NCBI GenBank assembly: GCA_018829775.1
Contig: JAHJTL010000008.1
Span: 13,967 to 77,966 of the forward strand
Direction of reading: 5' to 3'
Length of the DNA: 64,000 nucleotides
Origin: Chloroflexota bacterium
Lineage (GTDB): Bacteria > Chloroflexota > Dehalococcoidia > Dehalococcoidales > RBG-16-60-22
Below are positions 17,127 to 26,131 of the stretch, piece by piece. Under the pieces are notes generated by a model that saw only the letters and a list, made by a program, of their open reading frames with translations, was not told the origin of the DNA and searched no databases. Made by a program: the position numbers and the translations under genes. How positions within the stretch are numbered: the stretch's first letter is position 1; every line of letters begins with the position of its first letter.

Positions 17127-17148
17127 AGAGGGGGCTTTCGCCCCCTCT
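17127..17148. terminator. stem-loop terminator between convergent genes
   Basis: 9-bp stem AGAGGGGGC/GCCCCCTCT with loop TTTC. The T-run is on the minus strand. Confidence 0.6.
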
Positions 17149-17163
17149 AGAATTTCTGGCCTT

Positions 17164-17814
17164 TTATTTTGGCCACTTTTCAATTTTCCAAAGATACTTA
17201 CCGAATTTTTCCATTGCTTGCGCAAGACGAAGCGAGTAGACGGCGAAACCGTCTCTTGTTATATGCCCTAACTGGCTAAATGTTTCTAGAGTACTCATCG
17301 CTAATTCAAGTTCACTTATCGGCAATAGGTCTAAATCAAAAATCTCCAGTTTTGAATACATGAGGTTTAACATTTGTTTTATCCACGACCGAGGAACGTC
17401 TGGGTCACCGCTCTGAAATGGATATTTCACGTCTGGTGGCGTTACCTTAGCTGTCCATTCCTCTTCACTGCAAAGCACCTTTTCAAATGCTTTACCTACA
17501 ATTATTGCTATCCCTTCAGGTTCTTTTCTACCTTCACGGATTTTTTTCCAAACTAATAAACTACGACCTAATCCTTCTATTTCTATTATCCCGTTACCTA
17601 CAGGGTTTAATCGTTCAATAGCATCTACACAGCTACCACCCCATTTTCTCAATAGTGCTTTTACCAAGCGTTTCTCTCGTCTAGTTTGTAACCATTTCAA
17701 AATCAAGGGTATAAGAATGACTGCTGGTATAAAAAATATAAGTCCCGTAACAAGCTGCTGGACGAATTCAATGTTCCCTACAATTTTCCATATATAGCTG
17801 AGTACTACATTCAT
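17164..17814 (-). CDS. hypothetical membrane-anchored protein, low-GC
   Basis: N-terminal TM helix (LVTGLIFFIPAVILIPLILKWL). No recognisable domain. 6 nt after the sbcD stop. One 60-nt line counts 19/60 G+C versus 35/60 in sbcD. Confidence 0.65.
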   Translation of the reverse strand: MNVVLSYIWKIVGNIEFVQQLVTGLIFFIPAVILIPLILKWLQTRREKRLVKALLRKWGGSCVDAIERLNPVGNGIIEIEGLGRSLLVWKKIREGRKEPEGIAIIVGKAFEKVLCSEEEWTAKVTPPDVKYPFQSGDPDVPRSWIKQMLNLMYSKLEIFDLDLLPISELELAMSTLETFSQLGHITRDGFAVYSLRLAQAMEKFGKYLWKIEKWPK

Positions 17815-17820
17815 TCTTGT

Positions 17821-19050
17821 TTACTCTCCCCTTATCAACCTCTCCCCGTACTCTAGTAAGACCTTCGCGCGCTCGGGGGGAGTCTTTTTTGTCTCCAGGT
17901 ATTTTTTCAGGGCTTCGAGAGGGGTGATTTCCTCGGCGGTGAACTGACCAAGCCGGTGTCTCGCCTCACGCTGTATCTCCCGCGCTACGGTGGAAAAATG
18001 GGCCTCCTCCAGTGCCTCCCTGATGTCAGCGTCGCGGAGCTGCCCCTCGAGCTGTGCCGGCACGGTGATGTCGAGTCGCACAATGGCTTCTTTAATCTTT
18101 TTCCCCTGTTTCGCGATAGCCTGGAGCACGGTGGTGGTGGGGTCAACGTCCTGCTCCTCCAGCGCCACCTCAATGGTGAGGAAGCGGCGGCCTTCCAACG
18201 GATGGAAATTAAAAGATGCCTGCCGTTGTCCGCCGGATTTTTCGGGCTCAATCTCCACCAGATAGAAGCCTTTTTCATCTGCCTCGTCGGTGAAGTCGAG
18301 TCGCGACAGGCTGCCGGCATAGGCGACGGGCGGGTTCTCGGACAAGACCTGGTGCTTGTGGATGTGGCCCAGGGCAATGTAGTCAAAAGCCGGGTTGGCC
18401 ACGTTGCTCAGCAGCAACACGTGCTCCTGCCCGATGGTCATCTGCTTCTCCGTGCCGGGCTGGGCGCCGGCGACCCATACATGGGCGGCGAGGACGGCGG
18501 GCAGGGAGGGGTCAAGCCTGGAGACGTGAAGCTCGATAGCGCCGGTCAGCGCCTGTTGCAGCCTTTCCCTCATCTGCTCGAAGTCGAGGTTCTTCGTTTC
18601 CTCTCGACTGAGCAGGACACTGCGTCTCAGCCACGGAAGCGAGGCCACCTGGACGGTACCACTGCGGGTGGGGATTTTGAAAATTTCGGGGCGGTTGGAG
18701 ACATAGACGTTTTTCACCGATAAGGTGTCAAAGATTTCGGTGCTGGTGGCCCGGCCGATGGCGTTGGGCAGGTCGTGGTTGCCCACGAGGAGAAAGATGG
18801 GGATGTCATTTGAAGAGAGGCGGTTGATGCGCCTGGCAAATTCTCGTTGCTGCGTCTGGGTCGGCTCGCGGGTCTTGTAGGCATCCCCGCAGAAGATGAC
18901 CAGGTCCACTTCGTTCTCTATGGCGAAATCGACTACTTTGTCAAGGGAAGCGAGGAAATCAAGGAGACGCGTTGAAAGTCCCGTGGTCGGGTCGGTGTGT
19001 CCGTAGGTCTCAACGCCGAGGTGTAAATCGGCGAAGTGGAGGATTTTCAA
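17821..19050 (-). CDS. sbcD: SbcD/Mre11-family DNA repair exonuclease
   Basis: Calcineurin-like phosphoesterase motifs (HFADLHLG, GDAYK, VGNHD, GHIH). TTG 19050 follows AAAGGAGGA. The track start at 19104 would overlap glyQS. Confidence 0.85.
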   Translation of the reverse strand: MKILHFADLHLGVETYGHTDPTTGLSTRLLDFLASLDKVVDFAIENEVDLVIFCGDAYKTREPTQTQQREFARRINRLSSNDIPIFLLVGNHDLPNAIGRATSTEIFDTLSVKNVYVSNRPEIFKIPTRSGTVQVASLPWLRRSVLLSREETKNLDFEQMRERLQQALTGAIELHVSRLDPSLPAVLAAHVWVAGAQPGTEKQMTIGQEHVLLLSNVANPAFDYIALGHIHKHQVLSENPPVAYAGSLSRLDFTDEADEKGFYLVEIEPEKSGGQRQASFNFHPLEGRRFLTIEVALEEQDVDPTTTVLQAIAKQGKKIKEAIVRLDITVPAQLEGQLRDADIREALEEAHFSTVAREIQREARHRLGQFTAEEITPLEALKKYLETKKTPPERAKVLLEYGERLIRGE

Positions 19051-19051
19051 T

Positions 19052-20428
19052 TTATCCTCCTTTAGTTTCTTCTTTCCATATCTGGCCGCCGGGAGGAAGC
19101 ACAAAGAGGTCTTCGCCGGCCAGCTTGGCGGCGAGCGTATCTTTGAGGGTGGCGATGGGGACCCTTATCTGGTTCATACTATCGCGCTCACGGATGGTAA
19201 CCTGGTTGTCCTCCAGCGACTGAAAATCGATGGTGACGCAGTACGGGGTACCAACCTCGTCTTGGCGGCGATACCTTCGACCGATGCTCTGGGTATCATC
19301 GTAATGGACCATCCAGCATGGCCGCAGGCTATCATATACCTCTCTGGCGGCCTTCGCCAGGTTTTCTTTCTTGCTCAACGGCAGCACAGCTACTTTGTAA
19401 GGCGCCAGGGAGGGGTTAAGGTGTAGTACCACCCGGAGCTCGCCCTGAGCGATTTCTTCATCATAGGCATCGCAGAGGAAGGCCAGCACGGAACGGTCAA
19501 CCCCCGCCGACGGTTCAATGATATAGGGAACGATGTGCTCGTTGGATTCCTCGTCAAAGTAGGTCATTTCTTTGCCGCTGTGTTTGGCATGCTGCACCAG
19601 GTCGTAATCGCCGCGATTGGCAATGCCTTCAAGTTCCGCCCAGCCCATGGGGAAATTGTAGTCGATGTCATAGCACTTCCGTGCGTAGTGCGCCAGTTCT
19701 TCATCGCCATGGGGACGCAGGCGAAGGTTTTCTTCCCTGACGCCGAGGTTCAGATACCACTTGCGTCTCTCCTCAAGCCAGTAATCGAACCATTCATCCG
19801 CCGTCTCCGGCTTTATAAAAAATTCGATTTCCATCTGCTCGAACTCGCGGCTGCGGAAGATGAAGTTGCCGGTGGTTATCTCGTTGCGGAAGGCTTTCCC
19901 GAGCTGGGCGATGCCGAAAGGCAGCCGTTTCCGTGTCGTGTTGAGCACGTTCTCGAAATTGACAAAGATTCCCTGCGCGGTCTCAGGTCGCAGGTAGACC
20001 ACGTTGGCGTCCTCCTCCACCGGTCCCATAAAGGTCTTGAACATCAGGTTGAACAGGCGGGGTTCGGTAAGCTCACCACCGCAGGAGGGGCAGGTGTTGT
20101 CGGTCACCTCATCGCTGCGCCATCTCAGATGACACTGCTTGCACTCCACCAGCGGGTCGGTGAACTGCTCGAGGTGTCCACTGGCCGCCCACGTCTGAGG
20201 GTGCATCAGGATGCTGGCGTCCAGTCCCACCATGTCATCGCGCCCCTGGACGACGGCACGCCACCAGGCCTGCTTTACGTTCTGTTTCAACTCCACACCC
20301 AGCGGCCCGTAATCCCAGCAGCTTGATAGTCCGCCATATATCTCACTGCTCGGAAAAATGAAGCCTCGCCGCTGGCTGAGCGAGACAATCTTCTCCATGG
20401 TAACAGTGCCCGGCGTTTTTTCTGCCAT
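19052..20428 (-). CDS. glyQS: glycine--tRNA ligase (alpha2 type)
   Basis: 458 aa. RRGFIFPSSEIYGGLSSCWDYGPLG is the class II GlyRS N-terminus. Confidence 0.93.
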   Translation of the reverse strand: MAEKTPGTVTMEKIVSLSQRRGFIFPSSEIYGGLSSCWDYGPLGVELKQNVKQAWWRAVVQGRDDMVGLDASILMHPQTWAASGHLEQFTDPLVECKQCHLRWRSDEVTDNTCPSCGGELTEPRLFNLMFKTFMGPVEEDANVVYLRPETAQGIFVNFENVLNTTRKRLPFGIAQLGKAFRNEITTGNFIFRSREFEQMEIEFFIKPETADEWFDYWLEERRKWYLNLGVREENLRLRPHGDEELAHYARKCYDIDYNFPMGWAELEGIANRGDYDLVQHAKHSGKEMTYFDEESNEHIVPYIIEPSAGVDRSVLAFLCDAYDEEIAQGELRVVLHLNPSLAPYKVAVLPLSKKENLAKAAREVYDSLRPCWMVHYDDTQSIGRRYRRQDEVGTPYCVTIDFQSLEDNQVTIRERDSMNQIRVPIATLKDTLAAKLAGEDLFVLPPGGQIWKEETKGG

Positions 20429-20461
20429 TAAGAGCGCTCCTTAACGTATGCCGTATGGTAA

Positions 20462-20938
20462 TTATAACTTCCTTGCCAGGGCCTGCTGTATGGCGAGGAA
20501 GAAAAGTGCACCCAGAACGATGCCTCCAAGGCCCATGGCAATTATAGCGAATAACCATAAAGGCATGAGGTATAGCCCGTACGAATTGTAGCTGAAAATG
20601 GCCAGCATTGCAAAAACGAGGACGATCTGCGGCAGGGCGACCATATTGCCCATGAGCAATAGCAATGCTTCGGAACGTTTACCGGCGGTCGACTGGAAGC
20701 GACTGCCAAGCCGGATTACGCCCATAACGATGGCAACACCGAGTCCGGTCAGCAGGAACTGTGGCACCAGAAGCCAGGCAGTAGCAGCGCCGCGGCCTGT
20801 CCATCGGTCGGGCAGGCTGTCCCTGAAATGGTAAGCAACCTCCCCGGGAAGCTTGGGGTAAAAATAAATGGTAAGGCCGATAGCAAGGAGCAGGAAGAAT
20901 ACAGGAAGGGCGATATATCTCCAGCGAAAGGGCATCAT
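20462..20938 (-). CDS. DUF1648/SdpI-like membrane protein
   Basis: 4 TM segments. YPKLPGEVAYHF...RW motif. ATGA overlap with the upstream wHTH gene. Confidence 0.65.
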   Translation of the reverse strand: MMPFRWRYIALPVFFLLLAIGLTIYFYPKLPGEVAYHFRDSLPDRWTGRGAATAWLLVPQFLLTGLGVAIVMGVIRLGSRFQSTAGKRSEALLLLMGNMVALPQIVLVFAMLAIFSYNSYGLYLMPLWLFAIIAMGLGGIVLGALFFLAIQQALARKL

Positions 20939-21243
20939 TTATCTTTACGTGGGCGTCCCCGCTTTCTCCACCCCAGTATCTCGAGGAGATAACCAACTGC
21001 CGTCTCCTCCAGTCCAGGGTGACGCAGCGACAGGTCAGGGTTGATATGATAGCGATTACGTCTCCCCTCCCGCTCCTTGCTGATGTAGCCATCCTGTGAC
21101 AAATCGGCGATTATTTTGCGGGTGGCTCTTTCCGTAATGCCAACAGCTCGGGAAAGTTCCAGGGCGGTAATCCGGGGGTGGAGCGAAAGGTAGCTGAGGA
21201 TGACGGCGTGGTTGGTTAAGAAAGTCCACTTAGACATTGCCAT
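20935..21243 (-). CDS. winged helix-turn-helix regulator (ArsR/SdpR-like)
   Basis: ILSYLSLHPRITALELSRAVGITERATRKIIADLSQDGYI fits the wHTH pattern. Confidence 0.7.
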   Translation of the reverse strand: MAMSKWTFLTNHAVILSYLSLHPRITALELSRAVGITERATRKIIADLSQDGYISKEREGRRNRYHINPDLSLRHPGLEETAVGYLLEILGWRKRGRPRKDK

Positions 21244-21452
21244 TTAATAAATAAAAATGAATTGTAAATCATCATTGTCAAATCATGATAAATAGACTGT
21301 CCATCTTTATAACACAAGTGGGTGGGACAATGCAACTCCTTCTCTCTTTGCTGCGCCTTCAAATATAAGTTTTCGCCGAAAAAGGTAAATCAATTTACTA
21401 ACCACGTGATTGAGGAAGCTACAAAAAATTTAAATAGGAACTCTTGTGTCTA

Positions 21453-21481
21453 TTGACAAGATATAAATAATGTTCTATAAT
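21453..21481 (+). promoter_or_regulatory. perfect consensus sigma-70 promoter TTGACA-17-TATAAT
   Basis: TTGACA 21453-21458, 17-nt spacer, TATAAT 21476-21481, in an AT-rich 340-bp intergenic region ~100 nt upstream of 21588. Confidence 0.7.
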
Positions 21482-21587
21482 ACATGAAAAAGAAAACATA
21501 AATTATAAATCATAACTAATATTACATGGGTAATTATACCAAAATCAAGGTAAGCACCGGAAAAATAATAACAAAGAGGCTTGGTAA

Positions 21588-22325
21588 ATGTTCTGGCGAA
21601 AAAAGAAAATCATGGCGGCTCCTGTTGAGGTAAGCCCTGCGGGAACTGGTACTGCTGTCGCGAGCATGGCGCCGGTTGCTGTCGCGAAAGCGACGCCGTC
21701 GGAAATCGAAACAAAGGGAAAAAAGGTTGAAAAATTGCCCGGGCCCAAACCAATCCCCGGCATATTACAAAATCACCTTGTCAAGCACATGGGTAAAGAA
21801 CCGAACTGGGTGCGGCAACTGTGGGCGGTGATGCGTCCAAGGTCAGGTGGAGAAAAGGTGTCTGACGTCAGAATCTTTGCTGAACATGAGGCCAGTACCA
21901 GCAATATAAAGGTGAAAGACTATACCACACTTGACCAGAACCCAAAATTGATCCTTTTCGAGGGCTGGGTCGATAACGAAACGAAGAAAGTGGAACTTGA
22001 AGAAAAACGGACTATGCCCAAGATCACCATTTGCACTGAGAAGGAGATTCAACAGCAGATAGGGGCGTTGAGCGAGCCGGGGAGCCAGGTCTTTTTCTAC
22101 CTTAACGCAAGCCCGGCGTCAGGTGGACCCCTGGGGCGGGGCGCCGCTTTGGTCGAACTCAATCCCAAGTATCCAGAAAAAGGACAGAAGAAGTATACCC
22201 TGACAGCAGTTTACGTGGATGGAATGGAATTGACCAGCAAAGGTATGAGGATGCTTGATTCTAACGAGCCCAAACATGTAGCCCGATGGATTAAAGAACG
22301 CCATTTCAAGGCATCGGGATATTGA
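21588..22325 (+). CDS. hypothetical protein, 245 aa
   Basis: Long ORF with AGAGG SD. Ala/Pro/Val-rich N-terminus then a globular region. No family recognised. Confidence 0.65.
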   Translation: MFWRKKKIMAAPVEVSPAGTGTAVASMAPVAVAKATPSEIETKGKKVEKLPGPKPIPGILQNHLVKHMGKEPNWVRQLWAVMRPRSGGEKVSDVRIFAEHEASTSNIKVKDYTTLDQNPKLILFEGWVDNETKKVELEEKRTMPKITICTEKEIQQQIGALSEPGSQVFFYLNASPASGGPLGRGAALVELNPKYPEKGQKKYTLTAVYVDGMELTSKGMRMLDSNEPKHVARWIKERHFKASGY

Positions 22326-22371
22326 ATATAAGTACTGCCAGCAGCCAGAAGAGAGAGGAGGTGATATAATC

Positions 22372-22437
22372 ATGGTCAAGAAACCGGGCAAGCCGGGGGG
22401 TGGCCCCAACAAACCGCCTTTCGGTGGCAAGAAATAA
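22372..22437 (+). CDS. candidate 21-aa Lys/Gly/Pro-rich micropeptide MVKKPGKPGGGPNKPPFGGKK
   Basis: ATG lies 8 nt after AGAGGAGGTGA SD. Ends in TAATAATAA. A terminator hairpin follows. Confidence 0.4.
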   Translation: MVKKPGKPGGGPNKPPFGGKK

Positions 22438-22459
22438 TAATAAGGCTGGTACAGGTTCA

Positions 22460-22487
22460 GAATGGGGGGAGTAACTTCCTCCCATTC
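22460..22487 (+). terminator. stem-loop terminator
   Basis: 11-bp stem GAATGGGGGGA/TTCCTCCCATTC with a 6-nt loop, then ATTTAT. Confidence 0.55.
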
Positions 22488-22558
22488 ATTTATGCATCAG
22501 GTGAAATAGTGCTGTTTGTGTCAACATAAATAATAATTGGCGGAAAGAGGAAAAACTA

Positions 22559-22861
22559 ATGGTGGCGATAAAAAAGGACATAATTAGAAAGCGACTGAGC
22601 GAAGTTCCGGATGTTAAGGTTTTCTGGTGCTGTAACGGCAGGGAGCTTAAAAATCTGCGGGAACTGGCTACTTACCTGCCGGAAATGGCGGAAGAGGTCT
22701 ATCAACGCCATGTCAGCAGCGTCAATAATGATTTCAGCAACTGGGTTCGCGATGTTATCGGTGATGTGACCCTGGCCAACGAGCTAAAGAAGGCCGGGTC
22801 TCGTGCCACCGCTGCCCGTCTTGTAAAAAACCGTCTGGAGTGGCTGCAGACCAGGGCATAG
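22559..22861 (+). CDS. hypothetical protein, 100 aa
   Basis: ORF with GAGGAAAAA SD region. Helical, with a NDFSNWVRDVIGD motif. Family not confidently recognised. Confidence 0.6.
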   Translation: MVAIKKDIIRKRLSEVPDVKVFWCCNGRELKNLRELATYLPEMAEEVYQRHVSSVNNDFSNWVRDVIGDVTLANELKKAGSRATAARLVKNRLEWLQTRA

Positions 22862-23029
22862 TTGTCAGTATTACATTATATTATCATCGTTTATCAAAGC
22901 TAAATTAACACTATCCAGCGGTTACGCAAAGGCAAACCCTATCTGGAAATGTCTCAGATTTTGATAATAACTGAAATAAGGCTATAATTCAATTCAACTG
23001 AACGTTAATAATCTAAATGGAGGTAAGCG

Positions 23030-23356
23030 ATGTTCTATCATTTTGGTCATGAGAGCTTTAAGGTAATTGAGCCAGCACCGGGGTTCCTGGTTCGTGCTAT
23101 TTCGGGAAAGAACGTCATGCTCTGTGACGTTACCTTACAGCCTCACTCAGAATCACCGTTACATAGCCATCCATCTGAGGAAATGGCCATAATAATCGAA
23201 GGCGAGTTTGATATGAAAATGGGTAATGAAAGCCAGTTATTGAAGCAGGGTGATGTATTTCTTGCCCCTCCTGGCGTTATTCACGGAGGTGTAACTCACG
23301 AACACCGGACGGTGATGATTAGCGTATTCAGCCCACCGAGAAAAGACTATGCGTGA
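23030..23356 (+). CDS. cupin domain protein
   Basis: HSHPSEEMAIIIEGEF...PPGVIHG two-motif cupin signature. GGAGGT SD. Confidence 0.8.
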   Translation: MFYHFGHESFKVIEPAPGFLVRAISGKNVMLCDVTLQPHSESPLHSHPSEEMAIIIEGEFDMKMGNESQLLKQGDVFLAPPGVIHGGVTHEHRTVMISVFSPPRKDYA

Positions 23357-23440
23357 ATCGGGCTGTAATTCGATGACGTTTTCAAACAGATATTAGACCA
23401 TATTCAAACACCTATTGTCCAAAACCACGTACGGGATTAT

Positions 23441-24715
23441 TCAAACGAATGATTTGGGCCGGCGCACCGCCAGAACGGCGGGGATGGCTACGGCATACAG
23501 ACATAAGAATACGATAAATGTCCAGTAATACGTATTCGTGGTGTCGAACATATATCCGCTGAATAGAGGGCCTGCGGCGCCGCCGATAGCCTGTAACAGT
23601 GATACCATGCCGATGATGGTTCCATAGGAAGCAAGGCCAAAATTACGGCTGACCAGCATGGACATGGTGGGCAGCCAGCCTCCCGCCCCCAACCCAAAAA
23701 TGAGGGCGTCAAGCCAGATAATGGCCAGAGGGGATGTGGAGCGGATAAACATCAGTATAATGGCGGCAGCCGACAGCAGGACAATGCTGAGGGCACATGC
23801 CTGTTTCGCTTTAATCTTATCGCAGAGCCAGCCGAAGAAAAATTTACCGATGGCGCTGCCCAGGCCCATAATGGTCAGGGCGCTGGCTGCCAGTGCCACC
23901 GAGAAGCCGGCATCCTGTAAGTATGGTACCAGGCTCTGGTTAAACCCCAGCGAGCTGAACGCGCTGATGAAAAAGGTGACTGACACCAGCCAGAATGCCA
24001 TGGTGCCCAGTGCTGCTCTGAGGTCCAACCCTTTTGTGGTCTGGTTGGATGTTCCTGTTTTGGCTACTTCTTCAGGGCTGGTGACGCCGTCTGGATAAAG
24101 GCCCATTTCGGCGGGCTTGGTTCTGATAACGAAGATGGCCAGCGGGATTAGACCCCAGGCCATTATCCCCAGTGCAAGGTAGGCCACCCGCCAGCCAAAG
24201 AACGGGATGAGGAAGCTGCCGACCAGCGGTGCCACCACGAAAATGCCCATGCCAATGCCGGTAGACATGATACCGATAGCCCTGCCGCGCTTCTTGACAA
24301 ACCAGTTGGTAACCATGGCGCTCGACGGCACGTGGCCGAATGCTGACATGCCGGCGCCGATGAAGAAGTAAGCTACATAGAGGTGCCAGAGGCTCTGCAG
24401 CATGTAAAGAGAAACGAAGCCAAGACCGGTGACCAGCGCTCCAGCGGATATTACTCCCCTGACTCCATAGCGGTCAACGATGCTGCCGACCAGTGGCGCC
24501 GCCACACCCGTGAGCAGGAAAAAAATGGTGAAGGCGAGCATAATCTCGCCTCTACCCCAGCCGAACTCGGACTGCAGGGAATTGACAAAGAGACTGAAAG
24601 AACCAACACCGCTTCCGGAAAAGGTGCCCAGACACAGTACCGAGACCGCAATTATCCAGTAGCCATAAAAAATTCTGGATTTTTTAACGACCGGCGTTCC
24701 CTCTGTATCGCTCAC
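23441..24715 (-). CDS. MFS transporter
   Basis: 424 aa, ~12 TM segments, DRYGVRG loop motif. 4-nt overlap with acpS. Confidence 0.85.
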   Translation of the reverse strand: MSDTEGTPVVKKSRIFYGYWIIAVSVLCLGTFSGSGVGSFSLFVNSLQSEFGWGRGEIMLAFTIFFLLTGVAAPLVGSIVDRYGVRGVISAGALVTGLGFVSLYMLQSLWHLYVAYFFIGAGMSAFGHVPSSAMVTNWFVKKRGRAIGIMSTGIGMGIFVVAPLVGSFLIPFFGWRVAYLALGIMAWGLIPLAIFVIRTKPAEMGLYPDGVTSPEEVAKTGTSNQTTKGLDLRAALGTMAFWLVSVTFFISAFSSLGFNQSLVPYLQDAGFSVALAASALTIMGLGSAIGKFFFGWLCDKIKAKQACALSIVLLSAAAIILMFIRSTSPLAIIWLDALIFGLGAGGWLPTMSMLVSRNFGLASYGTIIGMVSLLQAIGGAAGPLFSGYMFDTTNTYYWTFIVFLCLYAVAIPAVLAVRRPKSFV

Positions 24716-25128
24716 GAACCCGTTTTCCCCGGCTGATTGTCCGACTTTGTAGATTGATTTGTTTCCGAGATGGCACTTACGTAGGCGACGGCATATTCCT
24801 TGGAGTGGGAAAGGCTGACGGCAATCTCTTTAATGCCCATCTCACTGGCCCTGGTCAGTGCTCTTCCGTACAGATTTACCAGCGGCTTACCACCGGGATG
24901 TGATAACGTCTCAATCTCGCGCCAGCCAACGCCGTTTCTGCCCGTGCCCAGAAGCTTCATGACCGCTTCTTTGCCGGCAAAGCGCGCCGCCAGCGACGAT
25001 GGTTTATTGCGGTAAGCAGACAGTTCTGACTCGGTGTAGACGCGCCTGAGGAACTTTTCTCCCCAGTGATTCACTGCCTCTTTAATGCGACCTATTTCAA
25101 TAATATCGACGCCAATGTAATGCGACAT
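24712..25128 (-). CDS. acpS: holo-ACP synthase (4'-phosphopantetheinyl transferase)
   Basis: IGVDIIEIGRI N-terminus and AAKEAVMK motif. Confidence 0.85.
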   Translation of the reverse strand: MSHYIGVDIIEIGRIKEAVNHWGEKFLRRVYTESELSAYRNKPSSLAARFAGKEAVMKLLGTGRNGVGWREIETLSHPGGKPLVNLYGRALTRASEMGIKEIAVSLSHSKEYAVAYVSAISETNQSTKSDNQPGKTGS

Positions 25129-25135
25129 GGTAACC

Positions 25136-25921
25136 TCACACGGCAGACCCGGTTAATTCCTCAAGCAGACCGGAGCAGAGATCATTCATAAGCGCAGACA
25201 GCTTCCTTGTGGGCAAACTGAAAAAGAGGGGGGTTATTGATATATTGCCGTGGTCAACGGCCCAGACGTCCGTTTTCCGGTTCTGGCTGCTGTCATGTCT
25301 CTGCCGCACCAGCCAGTAGTAATTCCGCTTGCCGTCATTTCCCTCGGTGACGGTGTTGATATGGCTCTTGTTGGCCAGCGTGGTGACCTGAATGCGTCCG
25401 ATTTTGGACAGCGGCACGTTGGGCACATTGATGTTGAGAAACAGGTTAGCTGGTAGTGGGCTGGCATTGAGCCGTCCCGCAACTATAGTGGCTAGGTTGG
25501 CTGCGGTCTGGAAACCGGATTCACTATCTCGTTCGGCGGAAACAGCCAGGGCGGGATAGCCATGCAGATAACCCTGCAGGGCGGCGCTTACCGTTCCCGA
25601 AATATAAATGTCATCCCCCAGATTCATCCCCCCGTTTATGCCGGAAACGACGAGGTCGATCTTGCCTTTCACCAGGCTGCCCAGCGCCAGCAGGACGCTG
25701 TCTGATGGCGTACCTTCCACAGCATACGTTTCCACGCCCGTGACCACCGGATGTACCTCTTTTATCCGCAGCGGCTCCCAGAGCGTTACCGCGGTACCGG
25801 TGGCACTCTGTTCTCTATCCGGAGCAACGACCACGACCTTGGCGATGCTGGTCAGTTCCCGTACCAGTATCCACAGGCCGTCAGCCGTTATACCGTCGTC
25901 ATTGGTTACCAGAATCTTCAT
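25136..25921 (-). CDS. surE: 5'/3'-nucleotidase SurE
   Basis: MKILVTNDDGI start at 25921. The track start at 25978 is an extension. Confidence 0.9.
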   Translation of the reverse strand: MKILVTNDDGITADGLWILVRELTSIAKVVVVAPDREQSATGTAVTLWEPLRIKEVHPVVTGVETYAVEGTPSDSVLLALGSLVKGKIDLVVSGINGGMNLGDDIYISGTVSAALQGYLHGYPALAVSAERDSESGFQTAANLATIVAGRLNASPLPANLFLNINVPNVPLSKIGRIQVTTLANKSHINTVTEGNDGKRNYYWLVRQRHDSSQNRKTDVWAVDHGNISITPLFFSLPTRKLSALMNDLCSGLLEELTGSAV

Positions 25922-26131
25922 GTGGAATCTCTCAAAGTTTATCACAGTGGCAAATTGAACGGCAAACGATGATGCCATCGCAAGAACATTAGTTGTGGTA
26001 GGCTGAACTTGTCGACTGTTTACCTATGTGGTAACATAATTGTGTCGGATAAAAACAGGGGCTGCGATTGTGCGTGCACCCCTGACTATTTAAATAATGT
26101 CACCGTATAAGTTCATTTTAATCATATAAAC

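Noticed and set aside
17956-18723. 255-aa plus-strand ORF
   Set aside because: Antisense to sbcD. Gly/Leu/Val/Arg-biased with no domain.
19535-20326. 263-aa plus-strand ORF
   Set aside because: Antisense to glyQS, whose identity is unambiguous.
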